A stretch of DNA of 64,000 nucleotides from the NCBI GenBank assembly GCA_036171615.1, contig JAVHRK010000153.1, positions 8,758 to 72,757 on the forward strand, given 5' to 3'. The notes below the pieces were generated by a model. It had not been told where the DNA came from. It searched no databases and worked only from the letters and a program-made list of their open reading frames with translations. Below, in pieces: positions 48,394-58,419 of the stretch (position 1 is its first letter; every line of letters starts with the position of its first letter). The DNA comes from Bacteriovoracaceae bacterium (GTDB lineage Bacteria; Bdellovibrionota; Bacteriovoracia; Bacteriovoracales; Bacteriovoracaceae). The position numbers and the translations under genes are program-made.

Positions 48394-50624
48394 GAAACCA
48401 CCTCCTTAGGACACACTAATTGCAATTCGCAATAATGACAGACTTTCTCATCTCGTGGTATTGGGTGAAAAGTATTCTCGCTTTTAAATCTAGTCATTAA
48501 TTCAGCGTAGAAGCTATCAAATGCTAAAGGATTTAGGATATCTTCTTGAGAAATCCCAGTAATTGACCCATCAGATAAATTTATATAGCCCCACCATACG
48601 ACTTTATACTTTTTTTCTAAGGCCCACTTATAAATCCAAAGCTGAATCTTTTCAAAATTTAGCAGTTCCTTTTTAGAACCAATTGAGGCCATAGATCTTT
48701 TAAAGTCAAAGATATGAACTTCGTTTTCTAAGCGTAAAATACAATCTACAAATCCTCTAAGTTCATGCTCCGAATTAGCTATTGATATTTCAAACTCTAA
48801 AACCGAATGAGGATGTCTAATTTGATAATTAAGTAAAGTAGTAATACCATTTTTAGTATATTCTAATAACTCGTAATAAGTTTCTTCTTCTAACTGCTTC
48901 GTCAGGTTAACTTTATTTTCATCCAGAAATACTTTTAGAATATTTTTACAGAGTTCAGAATGTCCAAGATAATTATAAGCACTAAATTTACTAAAATACT
49001 TTTCAATAATTTTATGTTCTAGGTTTCCTTTTTCATCTGGATCAATCGAAAGCCGTACATCAGGTCTTGTACTAATCTTTTCTTCATAGGAAAAATAGTA
49101 TTTCCTTGGACAATCTAGATAAATTTGTAATCTAGAGGCGGTGAATTTTTGTGTAGTTTGTTTTTTAAAGATTGTTAATTCTTTAATGATGTCACGTTTT
49201 TCTTTAAGTATATGTTCAATATTTAGATCTTGTGAATTCAATTGGAAATTTTTTAACACTTCTCTCCAAGATAAATCATTGTCAATTAATCCATCTTCTA
49301 AGAATAAAGTAACAAGTGGATTACTTAAGAGCTTTTGCAAAGCTTCTTTAGCAAAAAGAAAATCTAAACCAGAACGCTTAAGCGGGCCAATCGCTGATAA
49401 GACTGAAACTATTTTTTCATTATATGAACTATCTTTTGATAATAATTGTCCATAGAGTGCTGAGGCAATTACTGCAATAGGAGATTCTATTTTTTTAAAA
49501 CGATGCTCTTCAAGAGTAATTACTTCTGATGCTAAGTTTTCATTTATTGAAATCATATAGTTTCTAGGTGAATTAAGAGTAATGACTTGTTTTATCACGG
49601 ACAAATAAAAAACATCTATACTCTCTGTCAGTTCTTGAAAAATATCTAAACTTTCTTCGATCATCATAAGAACTTTCAATGCGCAGTAATTTTCAAACTT
49701 GATCGTCTCTTTCTTTTTCTCCATTATCCATTTTTTTATTTCTGAAATTTTGACATCTTCTAAGGCCAGTTCTGAAAAGATATTTTCTCTTTCTATAGCG
49801 AATAGGTCTATGTTTGTTTTAAATGAAAAGTTCTCATTTAAAACTTCTTGAAAATGAGAGATATCCATTGAGGCCGTTGGTATGACAATATTGCAAATTG
49901 TATTTTTTCTAAATTCATTTAGATTAATATTTAATTTATTTTTTTGAAAAAGAACTACTGAGGCTTCTAATTGTTGCTTCTTTTCAATTACTCGATTTTT
50001 ACTCATTTCTGGCATAAGCCAACGAACCCAATCACCAGGCAAAGTTTCATTATAAATAGTCTCTGGAAAAGCAATAATGACATCTTTAAATTCTGACAAG
50101 GATTGCAACATGTCAACTTGAACAGCATTCATATGCTTGAATCCCATAAAACAAATTTTTGTAGTGTCTTGATCCCTGCTTACTAATTTATATCCTAATT
50201 GCTCATCAATAAGTTGCTCTGTTTCAAAATAAACCCAAAATAATAAAATTGATTTTTTTAAATCTGGATCTAACTCAAACAGCACGTCTCCCAGCAGATT
50301 CTGATCAAGTGTAAATGATCTAAAATCAGTAAAAATCTCAAATGCCCTGAAAAAAACTTGCTCTCCAGCAATTGGAAAATAATGCCTCCAGATTGCAGAA
50401 AGTCGAAGCAATAATTCAGACTTCATAATGCGTTTTTTATTTTGTTTTTTTAGATTATCACTAACCCATTTTGCAATGGTTAGAACTTCAGCGTTGCTGC
50501 CTAAAATTGACCTAACGCCATCTGCAATGACAGGTCCTGGACAGATATATCGTGTGTCTTGAAGACTGTTTTTTTGCTCAAAACAAAATTCCTCGATGCT
50601 TTTGTATAAATTCACGATTAGCAC
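48390..50624 (-). CDS. addB: AddB-like protein with C-terminal PD-(D/E)xK nuclease
   Basis: YLDCP, RGFVD...DFK and CHYCELQLVC motifs; overlaps the addA start. Confidence 0.75.
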   Translation of the reverse strand: MLIVNLYKSIEEFCFEQKNSLQDTRYICPGPVIADGVRSILGSNAEVLTIAKWVSDNLKKQNKKRIMKSELLLRLSAIWRHYFPIAGEQVFFRAFEIFTDFRSFTLDQNLLGDVLFELDPDLKKSILLFWVYFETEQLIDEQLGYKLVSRDQDTTKICFMGFKHMNAVQVDMLQSLSEFKDVIIAFPETIYNETLPGDWVRWLMPEMSKNRVIEKKQQLEASVVLFQKNKLNINLNEFRKNTICNIVIPTASMDISHFQEVLNENFSFKTNIDLFAIERENIFSELALEDVKISEIKKWIMEKKKETIKFENYCALKVLMMIEESLDIFQELTESIDVFYLSVIKQVITLNSPRNYMISINENLASEVITLEEHRFKKIESPIAVIASALYGQLLSKDSSYNEKIVSVLSAIGPLKRSGLDFLFAKEALQKLLSNPLVTLFLEDGLIDNDLSWREVLKNFQLNSQDLNIEHILKEKRDIIKELTIFKKQTTQKFTASRLQIYLDCPRKYYFSYEEKISTRPDVRLSIDPDEKGNLEHKIIEKYFSKFSAYNYLGHSELCKNILKVFLDENKVNLTKQLEEETYYELLEYTKNGITTLLNYQIRHPHSVLEFEISIANSEHELRGFVDCILRLENEVHIFDFKRSMASIGSKKELLNFEKIQLWIYKWALEKKYKVVWWGYINLSDGSITGISQEDILNPLAFDSFYAELMTRFKSENTFHPIPRDEKVCHYCELQLVCPKEVVS

Positions 50625-50673
50625 AATGTTTTTCCTCGAGACAAAACTTCTTCATTTTGATAAAATCAATTTT

Positions 50674-51510
50674 ATGCTGTTAGAAAGTAGATTGTATAGT
50701 TTTATTGACCAGAGTAATGGATTCACTCTTCATTTTTTAGAAGGGCAGAAATTAATAAATGATGTAGCTATTATTCACTCAATTAAAAATAAAGGCTTCC
50801 AGTTTTTTAGAGATTCATTGCTTACCTTTCAATTAATGATGACTTACTTAAAGCCTAGAGAAGGTTTAGGCATTTACTTAGATTCAGAAGACCCTTATTT
50901 TAGATTTAAAATCGAAATGAGCGAACAAGGTCAAATGCGAACTCTGCTTATACCAGAAGACTTCAACCAATTACCTATGGCCATGAGTGGGAAATGCCGC
51001 TTAGTTAAGACCGTTCCAAATGAAAGCCATCCCTATACTTCTATTGTTGATTTAGTTAATACAAACTTAAGTGATGTTGTTAATAAAATACTTAAAGACT
51101 CTTATCAACTTCCCAGTCAGGTTTACTTAAGCGCTGACTCTGATCAAAGCATGCTTCTCTTAAAACTTCCTGAGATACAAATTGATCGTATACAAACTAA
51201 TTATACAATGAGTGTTAATGAATTTTGGCATCACCATCAAGAGAGTTTTCAATCAATTTTCACTGAGCACTCACAAGATTATCAAGAAATTCAAAAATCA
51301 TTCGAGAATTTAGGATTTTTATTTTTAGGATCAAAAGAAGTTATTTTTAAATGTAATTGTTCTCGTGAAAGAATGGTTACTGGAATTTGGACGTTAGTTA
51401 AAAGCACAGGTCTCGAACATGTTTTTCTCCCAGATGAAACTGAAATTGAAACAAAGTGTGACTATTGCCAAACTGTTTACACACTACAAAAATCTGAATT
51501 CCTAAATTAA
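50674..51510 (+). CDS. hslO: Hsp33 redox-regulated chaperone
   Basis: C-terminal FKCNCSRER and CDYC zinc centre; start moved to ATG 50674. Confidence 0.82.
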   Translation: MLLESRLYSFIDQSNGFTLHFLEGQKLINDVAIIHSIKNKGFQFFRDSLLTFQLMMTYLKPREGLGIYLDSEDPYFRFKIEMSEQGQMRTLLIPEDFNQLPMAMSGKCRLVKTVPNESHPYTSIVDLVNTNLSDVVNKILKDSYQLPSQVYLSADSDQSMLLLKLPEIQIDRIQTNYTMSVNEFWHHHQESFQSIFTEHSQDYQEIQKSFENLGFLFLGSKEVIFKCNCSRERMVTGIWTLVKSTGLEHVFLPDETEIETKCDYCQTVYTLQKSEFLN

Positions 51511-52538
51511 TTATTTAGTGGATTAATTGCATCCCAAGAAAATTTTTTCCCTTCAGGTTTATATAATAGACGAACAGGCATATCAGCTTCGTCAAATAAT
51601 CCACAAAAATTTTCGGCCATTGGTCCTTTTGCAAAAACTGTAGATAATAAGGTTGAGTTTTTTATATTAAGATTTTTTCCTTTTCGTACAAACTCAGACC
51701 ACTCTTTACCTTCTTTGGGAAAATCAATTTCCAAACCTTCTGTGCCTGTAATAATTACTAAAATATCGTTCCTGTTTTGACTTTTAATCCATAACATCAG
51801 TTGATTTATATCCTTTAAAATATTCTTAGCTGTACCTAGATCTTTTTCTTTAAGCGCTCGTAAATAAGCAAACTCTCTCAAAAGATAAAAATGTTTATTG
51901 CCAACATCATTTATATTATTAAGAATTTTTTTCGAATTATTAAAAAATGATGAATAACACTTCCCCCCCTGACAAGACTTGTCATATGCAAGCCCACTAA
52001 TGGGAAGGTTGGAGGTATCTTGATAATGAAAACTTTGAACACCCACTTTCTGCTCTGGCCCCATTCTTATAAAACTCATTCCTTTCATGTAATTTTTTTG
52101 ATTTTCACCACAAGTTAAAAACTTTTCTAGACTCTCCGTTTCGCTAACACCATTTTCAAGAATTGCTGACCTATAGCCTAGTTCGGATAAGGAACTCCAA
52201 ATGGGTTGTCTTGTTAAATCATCACAGAGGCCTTTAATGTTTTTAGATCCCGTTAATTGAGATAAAAATCCTGCAGAGGCAGTTGGCCTTAGATCAAATA
52301 AATTAAAACTCCACATTTTTCCCATACAGTCGACCGACTCAAATTCAGTGTGAGCATTGGCATCTGGATTATCAAAACGCAATAATGGTATCTGCTGATC
52401 TGTAAACCCTGCAATCTGAATCCAAATAATATTGGAAGGCCGCTCAGAGTATAAATGAGGCTTTAGATTAATGGTTTGTAGTCTCGTACAGCCCAAAAAT
52501 GAAAATAAGATAAAAACTGATAAAAAAAATTTCATCAA
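51507..52538 (-). CDS. Lipoprotein with degenerate alkaline-phosphatase-like fold
   Basis: Lipobox FLG-C; segments NIIWIQIAG, ASAGFLSQLTG, HFYLLRE and DILVIITG line up with the phosphatase core strands but lack the usual metal ligands. Confidence 0.5.
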   Translation of the reverse strand: MMKFFLSVFILFSFLGCTRLQTINLKPHLYSERPSNIIWIQIAGFTDQQIPLLRFDNPDANAHTEFESVDCMGKMWSFNLFDLRPTASAGFLSQLTGSKNIKGLCDDLTRQPIWSSLSELGYRSAILENGVSETESLEKFLTCGENQKNYMKGMSFIRMGPEQKVGVQSFHYQDTSNLPISGLAYDKSCQGGKCYSSFFNNSKKILNNINDVGNKHFYLLREFAYLRALKEKDLGTAKNILKDINQLMLWIKSQNRNDILVIITGTEGLEIDFPKEGKEWSEFVRKGKNLNIKNSTLLSTVFAKGPMAENFCGLFDEADMPVRLLYKPEGKKFSWDAINPLNN

Positions 52539-52637
52539 ATCATTATGAACTATTTAATTAGTTTTAAAACTCCTTTATTCTATTAGTAACTAAGAATTCA
52601 ATAACCGACAAATTCGCTCGTCTTATTAGGAGATTTT

Positions 52638-54632
52638 ATGGAAGCAAGAGAGATCATGTGGAATATCCCATATGAAATGAAAATCCTTATGTATTCACTT
52701 TTTGTAATTAGTGTTGCCGTTATGGCCAAGGGAGTCTATGACAAAATTCAACTTGTCACAAAAGGCAAAGGAGTAGGCGCACTTGCAGAAATTTTTCCCG
52801 AACAATTAAATTGGAAAAAGTTTTTTCATACAATTCTTTTTACAGGAAAAGTGCCAAGGTTTAAGGAAGTAGCATTTTTTCATGGTCTCATTTTTTATGG
52901 CTTTTTTATTCTATGGGTTGCTACGGACTTAGTGGCCATCCATTACGACACTCCACTTAAAGTATTCCAGGGAACAACTTATATTGTTGTTTCATTTCTT
53001 GCTGATATTGCCGGAATTATGGTTCTAGTGGGACTAGCTTTCGCTTTCAGAAGACGTTACGTCACAAAACCTGCTCATCTCTCAGCTACCAAACCAAATC
53101 AAGAACTTTTTATGTATAGGATTCTTGCATCGCTAGTTATTATTGGTTATTTAATTGAAGGTTTAAGAATTTCTGGCACGGGCATGCCTATCTCTGAAAT
53201 GCACTGGTCTCCTGTTGGTTGGGTTATTGCGCTCTTTTTTTCTAAATTAAATCTTAATGATATATCTATGGCCTACACTTACCGAGTGATGTGGGGCTAT
53301 CACATGTTAAACACCATGCTTTTTATAGCATGTCTCGGTTATACTAAATTTTTTCATATTTTCTCTCTTCCGTTTGCAGCACTTGTGACACCTGATCGCA
53401 GAGGAGCTATTTTAAGTCCTATGAATTTTGAAAATGAAAATGCTGAAACATTCGGCCTTGGCAAACTTTCAGAATTAACAATGAAAAATACACTTGATTT
53501 ACTTTCTTGTGTTGAATGTGGTCGCTGCACGCAAGTCTGTCCTGCAAATCTTGCAGGAAAACCACTAGACCCAAAAAAAATAATTACAAAAACAAGAGAT
53601 CTTTTTTATAAAAATAAAGATGGAGAAGTTTGGGGAGAAACTCCCCTATTCACTTCAAATGAATTAGATGCGTGTACAACTTGTGGTGCATGTATGGAAG
53701 AATGTCCGGCCAATATTGAACATGTAAATCTGATTATGGAAGCAAGAAGATATAAAACACTAACTTTGGGAGAAATCCCTGCTGCGGCCGCAGACGCAGT
53801 TAATAAAATAAAAGTTCAAGGAAATCCATGGGGAATAGCTCAAGCTGATCGATTTAAATGGGCCGATGGATTAAATATTCCAGTTATTGAAGTTGGAAAA
53901 AAAGTTGATTACTTATATTACGTAGGTTGTGCAGGATCATATGATTCTGCTAATCAAAAAGTTGTTAAAGATACTATTTCTTTGCTTAAAAAAGCTGGAG
54001 TTAGTTTTGCAGTTATGGGTAAAAATGAAAAATGTAATGGTGACCCTATTAGAAGATTTGGTGATGAATATTCATTTAACGAAATTGCCATAGAAAATAT
54101 TGCTAACATGAGACAATACGATTTTAATAAAGTTGTTACTCAATGCCCTCATTGTATGCATACAATTGGGAAAGAGTATGGCCAGTTTGAAAATGGTAAA
54201 TTTGAAACTCTCCATCACACAGAGTTATTGGCCCAACTAATTGCCGCTGGAAAAATTATCCCAGAAGTTCGCGTAGAAGAAAAAGTAACTTATCATGATC
54301 CATGTTATCTCGGGCGCCACCATGGTGAATACAATGCACCTCGTGCAATCTTAGAAGCAATTCAAGGAATTGAAATCAAAGAAATGGAACGCAATAAAGA
54401 CAAAGCACTTTGCTGTGGAATGGGTGGCGGAAATATGTGGTATGAATTACCAGAAGGTGAACATTTAGCGAATAATCGATTAAAAGACATTGGTGAAACG
54501 TCCGTTAATAAATTGGCTACTGCATGTTCTTATTGTATGATTAATTTTAATTCGTCTAAAGCTCATACAAAGGAAACGGAAAACCTTGAAGTTGAAGACA
54601 TCGCAACAATTTTACTTAAAGCGACTAAATAA
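52638..54632 (+). CDS. Membrane-bound heterodisulfide-reductase-like Fe-S oxidoreductase (FadF/GlpC family)
   Basis: N-terminal TM domain, CVECGRCTQVCP and CTTCGACMEECP ferredoxin motifs, two CCG domains (YVGC, QCPHC, YHDPC, CCGMGGG, TACSYC). Confidence 0.88.
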   Translation: MEAREIMWNIPYEMKILMYSLFVISVAVMAKGVYDKIQLVTKGKGVGALAEIFPEQLNWKKFFHTILFTGKVPRFKEVAFFHGLIFYGFFILWVATDLVAIHYDTPLKVFQGTTYIVVSFLADIAGIMVLVGLAFAFRRRYVTKPAHLSATKPNQELFMYRILASLVIIGYLIEGLRISGTGMPISEMHWSPVGWVIALFFSKLNLNDISMAYTYRVMWGYHMLNTMLFIACLGYTKFFHIFSLPFAALVTPDRRGAILSPMNFENENAETFGLGKLSELTMKNTLDLLSCVECGRCTQVCPANLAGKPLDPKKIITKTRDLFYKNKDGEVWGETPLFTSNELDACTTCGACMEECPANIEHVNLIMEARRYKTLTLGEIPAAAADAVNKIKVQGNPWGIAQADRFKWADGLNIPVIEVGKKVDYLYYVGCAGSYDSANQKVVKDTISLLKKAGVSFAVMGKNEKCNGDPIRRFGDEYSFNEIAIENIANMRQYDFNKVVTQCPHCMHTIGKEYGQFENGKFETLHHTELLAQLIAAGKIIPEVRVEEKVTYHDPCYLGRHHGEYNAPRAILEAIQGIEIKEMERNKDKALCCGMGGGNMWYELPEGEHLANNRLKDIGETSVNKLATACSYCMINFNSSKAHTKETENLEVEDIATILLKATK

Positions 54633-56472
54633 GTTAATCTTATTCTTATGCCTTAGCGGACTATCTGCTAAGGCATTTTCTGTTGATGAACCATATGGTA
54701 TTATCGAGAGTTTTGAGAAACTCATTTCAATTCATAAAACTCAATATAGTGCCTCTGAAAAATTAATTGTAAATAATATACAAATACTCTCAACAGTTTC
54801 AAATCTTAAAGAGTTTTGGTTAGAAGAAAACTTTGTTCGTTCATTACTCATATCATCTGACGATAAGTATCTTTCGCTAGTAAAAGATGATGAATGTAAA
54901 TTTTTCTCAGCATTAGAAAATAATCTCTTTAAGACTGCATCCGGAAGTATTAGTTCCATACCTATTTCTTTTAAAGACACAACAGGAATTACAAAAAAAG
55001 CATCAGTACCATTTTTGGATTTTTTCAACGAACTATATAAAAAGAAATGTTTTAACAATAAAGAGTTTTCAACTTTATTCAGCTTAACCAATGTAAGTAA
55101 AACTATTAATGGAATTAAATTTTCAATACCGAAAAATCAAAAAGAATGTTCAGTTATTCATAATGAATGGTTGCTCAATTCTTACACCCCATACTTGTGT
55201 CAAATACATAATAACTTGATTAATCAAAACTCCAGTTCAAGAGAGTTTTATCGTAAAAAAATTTCTATTTTTCAAAGAACTTACATCAACAATCTTTGCA
55301 GTCATTTAAATTCGGCCGAATTATTTTGTAAGAATTATTTGAAAGAAGATATATGGAACAAGGTGATTAACGGAGAGGCACCTTCGTATAAAATGAGCTA
55401 CAAGTGCCGAAATTTATTTGGTGACAAAGAGGTGTTTGGTAAGAATGAAGAAGCTGCGTGCGCAGCTAAATTCACGTCTACACCAGAGACTTGTGAAATA
55501 AAAGGGAATCGTAATTTTCCATCTGTTTTTCCTCTGCAGAGTTGTGATCTTATCTCGCAAGCCCTTCGAAACTCAAAACTCGTTACCGATTACCATGATT
55601 GTCCTGGAAATATTGATAATGAAATGCTTACCAATATACATCGAATCATTAATCATTTTGATGCTACAAAAATTAACTCTACGCCTTTTAGTTGTTCGGG
55701 TGATACCAATTATTCTATTGCCAAGCTTAATTTTGATGTAAAAAATGATGAAGCATGGCCACTTAAAATTTGCTTTCTTAATCGCATTGAAAACAAAGAA
55801 GAGTGCGTTCCCTATATCCCCGGCTCACATCCAAAAGAAGATAGAAGTGAAGATTTAGTTATTGCCAAAATTCTCTATTTGCATAAAGGTGCACCTCGGA
55901 AAACGACTTGCAAAATTGTTGATTCTAAAACATATAACCCTATAATGTCTGAGTTTAAATTAGGATGTTTTATAGTCTATGATTCTGAAAGCTGCAAAAA
56001 TTTATTATGTAATAAAAAAGTAATTTGGGATGAAAAAGTTCTAACAGATATTACCTTTAAGGGTAAAGCTATATATAATTATTATTCTACAACCTATCTG
56101 AGTGAACGCTTTTCACTTGTATCACTTCTCAATGAAGTCAAAGGAACTCAGGCGCGTTCGATAAAGAACTTAACAGATTTACTGTATTTTTTAGATAAAA
56201 ATACAGGTGGCATCATTCATGGAGTAGGCTGTGCAGAGGATTTACTTCCTGAGTATTTTTATAGAACGAGTATAAATGCATGTCATCCATTACCCTTTAT
56301 TATTGATGGTCATGTTGAAAAAGATGACTATTCGTTACTTGTCTTTCGTAGTGCAATTGATGATATTCATACACCACGTTTGATAATGTGGCATAATATC
56401 TTCAGTGCAGTCAGTGCCTATCAACAACTCCACCCTCTTAACACATGGACTCTTGATGGACTTAAAAAATAG
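54586..56472 (+). CDS. Large Cys-rich exported hypothetical protein (start uncertain)
   Basis: Signal peptide ending AKA; 20 Cys in the mature part by my count; TTG start overlaps the upstream gene. Confidence 0.6.
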   Translation: MKLKTSQQFYLKRLNKLILFLCLSGLSAKAFSVDEPYGIIESFEKLISIHKTQYSASEKLIVNNIQILSTVSNLKEFWLEENFVRSLLISSDDKYLSLVKDDECKFFSALENNLFKTASGSISSIPISFKDTTGITKKASVPFLDFFNELYKKKCFNNKEFSTLFSLTNVSKTINGIKFSIPKNQKECSVIHNEWLLNSYTPYLCQIHNNLINQNSSSREFYRKKISIFQRTYINNLCSHLNSAELFCKNYLKEDIWNKVINGEAPSYKMSYKCRNLFGDKEVFGKNEEAACAAKFTSTPETCEIKGNRNFPSVFPLQSCDLISQALRNSKLVTDYHDCPGNIDNEMLTNIHRIINHFDATKINSTPFSCSGDTNYSIAKLNFDVKNDEAWPLKICFLNRIENKEECVPYIPGSHPKEDRSEDLVIAKILYLHKGAPRKTTCKIVDSKTYNPIMSEFKLGCFIVYDSESCKNLLCNKKVIWDEKVLTDITFKGKAIYNYYSTTYLSERFSLVSLLNEVKGTQARSIKNLTDLLYFLDKNTGGIIHGVGCAEDLLPEYFYRTSINACHPLPFIIDGHVEKDDYSLLVFRSAIDDIHTPRLIMWHNIFSAVSAYQQLHPLNTWTLDGLKK

Positions 56473-57544
56473 CATTGTCTTAATATTCTTTTCCATGATT
56501 TATTTCGCTGATAGCGATGCTAAAATTGTGTTACCAGAATTAATCACAAAGCAATCTACCAACAATCTTCGATTGATAACTCAAAATGGAAAATTTACTT
56601 ATTATCAAAAAAAATCTGGCAGTCTGTATTTCTCTACCAACTACAAAGTTTCTGAATTAATTAAAGGACAAGCAGATACTCAATACACAGTCATCGCCGG
56701 AGATGAACATAAAAAAATCATAATTTCACAAGACGAGAATTTTCATAATTATTTTTCTCTCCGAAATCCAGAAAATATTTTTCTAGCTGACTATGGTAGC
56801 CTTACTCTTCATAAAATTGGTAAAGGTTTATCACCTAGACTACATTTACAAGATACTTGGTTATCTTACTATCAACCTTCAAGTCAGATCCTTACTTTTG
56901 AAAATACCGTAAATTCCGCTTTAAAGTTTTCTATAAGACTAAATAATAAAATGAATCCGTACTTTATTCCTGATGTTGTTATGCCTTATGAAAACACCGT
57001 TTATTATACAGATCTAAGCGATACTGCAAATCCAGGAATTGTAGAATATCGAAGAAGCACACATAAAACAGCACTTATTTATCAGGCCAAGACTCCCTTG
57101 ATGAAACTAGAGCTTTGTTATTCTCATTCTTCTTTATTTTTAATTGAAATGGGTATTAATTCTAGTACCGTGGGATCTACTATTTCACAATATGACCTTC
57201 CTTTTAAAACTCTCCAAGACAAAAGTATCATATACAACTCAGCTTTAAATGATTTGGGCCATTTGGTTTGTAATTATTCGAAAGACTCAGTCTATTTTAT
57301 CAAGAATGTAGGAACAGCAAATATTTCACTCTATGATATTGCTGAAGTTAATTTAGATACAAAAAAACTAAGCATTCTATCGGATTTTAAAAACTCAACT
57401 TCGTTATTTAATATGGATGGAACTCTACTAACTTTTGATAATGGTTCATATTTTATTTTAAAAGGTAAAGCTGATTTTAAAACCATTGATTCATTAAAAT
57501 CTACTCCATCAAAGTTAGAAGATAAGGCAAAAAATAATGAGTAA
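56456..57544 (+). CDS. Exported hypothetical protein, possible TolB-like beta-propeller
   Basis: Signal peptide from ATG 56456 and repeated short beta-strand units. Confidence 0.55.
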   Translation: MDLKNSIVLIFFSMIYFADSDAKIVLPELITKQSTNNLRLITQNGKFTYYQKKSGSLYFSTNYKVSELIKGQADTQYTVIAGDEHKKIIISQDENFHNYFSLRNPENIFLADYGSLTLHKIGKGLSPRLHLQDTWLSYYQPSSQILTFENTVNSALKFSIRLNNKMNPYFIPDVVMPYENTVYYTDLSDTANPGIVEYRRSTHKTALIYQAKTPLMKLELCYSHSSLFLIEMGINSSTVGSTISQYDLPFKTLQDKSIIYNSALNDLGHLVCNYSKDSVYFIKNVGTANISLYDIAEVNLDTKKLSILSDFKNSTSLFNMDGTLLTFDNGSYFILKGKADFKTIDSLKSTPSKLEDKAKNNE

Positions 57545-58382
57545 AATAATTCTTCTTTTTTTGTTATTTTTTTCATTAGGGATTTCAGCAAAAGAAAATA
57601 CTTTAGTATTAACTAGTACGAAAAACTTACCTGTTGAGTTTCAACTTATTCTGCAGGGATTACAATCGTCACCTCTCCCAAGTGAAGAATTTCAGACGCT
57701 CAAAAAACTAATAGATAAAATTGGAAGCTCTACTAAAAAACTTCCAAAGGAAGAGATTTTTTTTATTGTGAAATCAATATTTTATAAAACCCTTTTACTG
57801 GCACCAACCTCAACCCAAAAAGTTTTTTTTGATAACTCTCATTTAAAATCCTTAGCTAAACTTTCTCAAGTAACTACCAATCCATTTTTAAAATGGTTTT
57901 TTAAAGCACTTCAAAAAGATGCACTTCTCTTAAGCAGTTCTCCCGTTTATCGTGATTATCTTGTTGCTAGGAATGCAGGAAAAATTGATAAACCTGAATT
58001 GAAAAGAATAGATCGAAAGGTTCAACTTTTATCCTGGTGGATTTTAAAAATAACTCCCGAAACTCCAGATTTATTGTTAAAAACTATCCATCCTCTTATG
58101 CAATTCATTTTAAATAAAATTGATATAAGCCTTTCATTATTAATTACAGTAACTCCACCTAAAGTCGAAACACCTAACTCCCTAACTTTTTTTATTCAAG
58201 AAGAAGCAACGACCGATAAGCAGATTACCGTTTCGTCTCCTACTGTTGACGACATCATTGATTCAGTAGACAGCAAGGTTCCACTCGGCTCAAATCCTGA
58301 GACACTCCCTCTTCCAAGTACAGAAGATTGGTTACAAAGCGATGAACCTCAATCAGAACTTGATTCGGCAGGAGACTTTTAA
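57537..58382 (+). CDS. Exported helical hypothetical protein with acidic/Pro-rich tail
   Basis: Signal peptide ending ISA; overlaps the upstream gene by 8 nt. Confidence 0.6.
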   Translation: MSKIILLFLLFFSLGISAKENTLVLTSTKNLPVEFQLILQGLQSSPLPSEEFQTLKKLIDKIGSSTKKLPKEEIFFIVKSIFYKTLLLAPTSTQKVFFDNSHLKSLAKLSQVTTNPFLKWFFKALQKDALLLSSSPVYRDYLVARNAGKIDKPELKRIDRKVQLLSWWILKITPETPDLLLKTIHPLMQFILNKIDISLSLLITVTPPKVETPNSLTFFIQEEATTDKQITVSSPTVDDIIDSVDSKVPLGSNPETLPLPSTEDWLQSDEPQSELDSAGDF

Positions 58383-58419
58383 CACTTTTTGTGTTAAAAA
58401 ATATGCAGAGGATCAAATT

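Noticed and set aside
51962-51968. C7/G7 run and several A8/T8 runs as phase-variation tracts
   Set aside because: Short, in frame and expected at this base composition; no frameshifted gene is associated with them.
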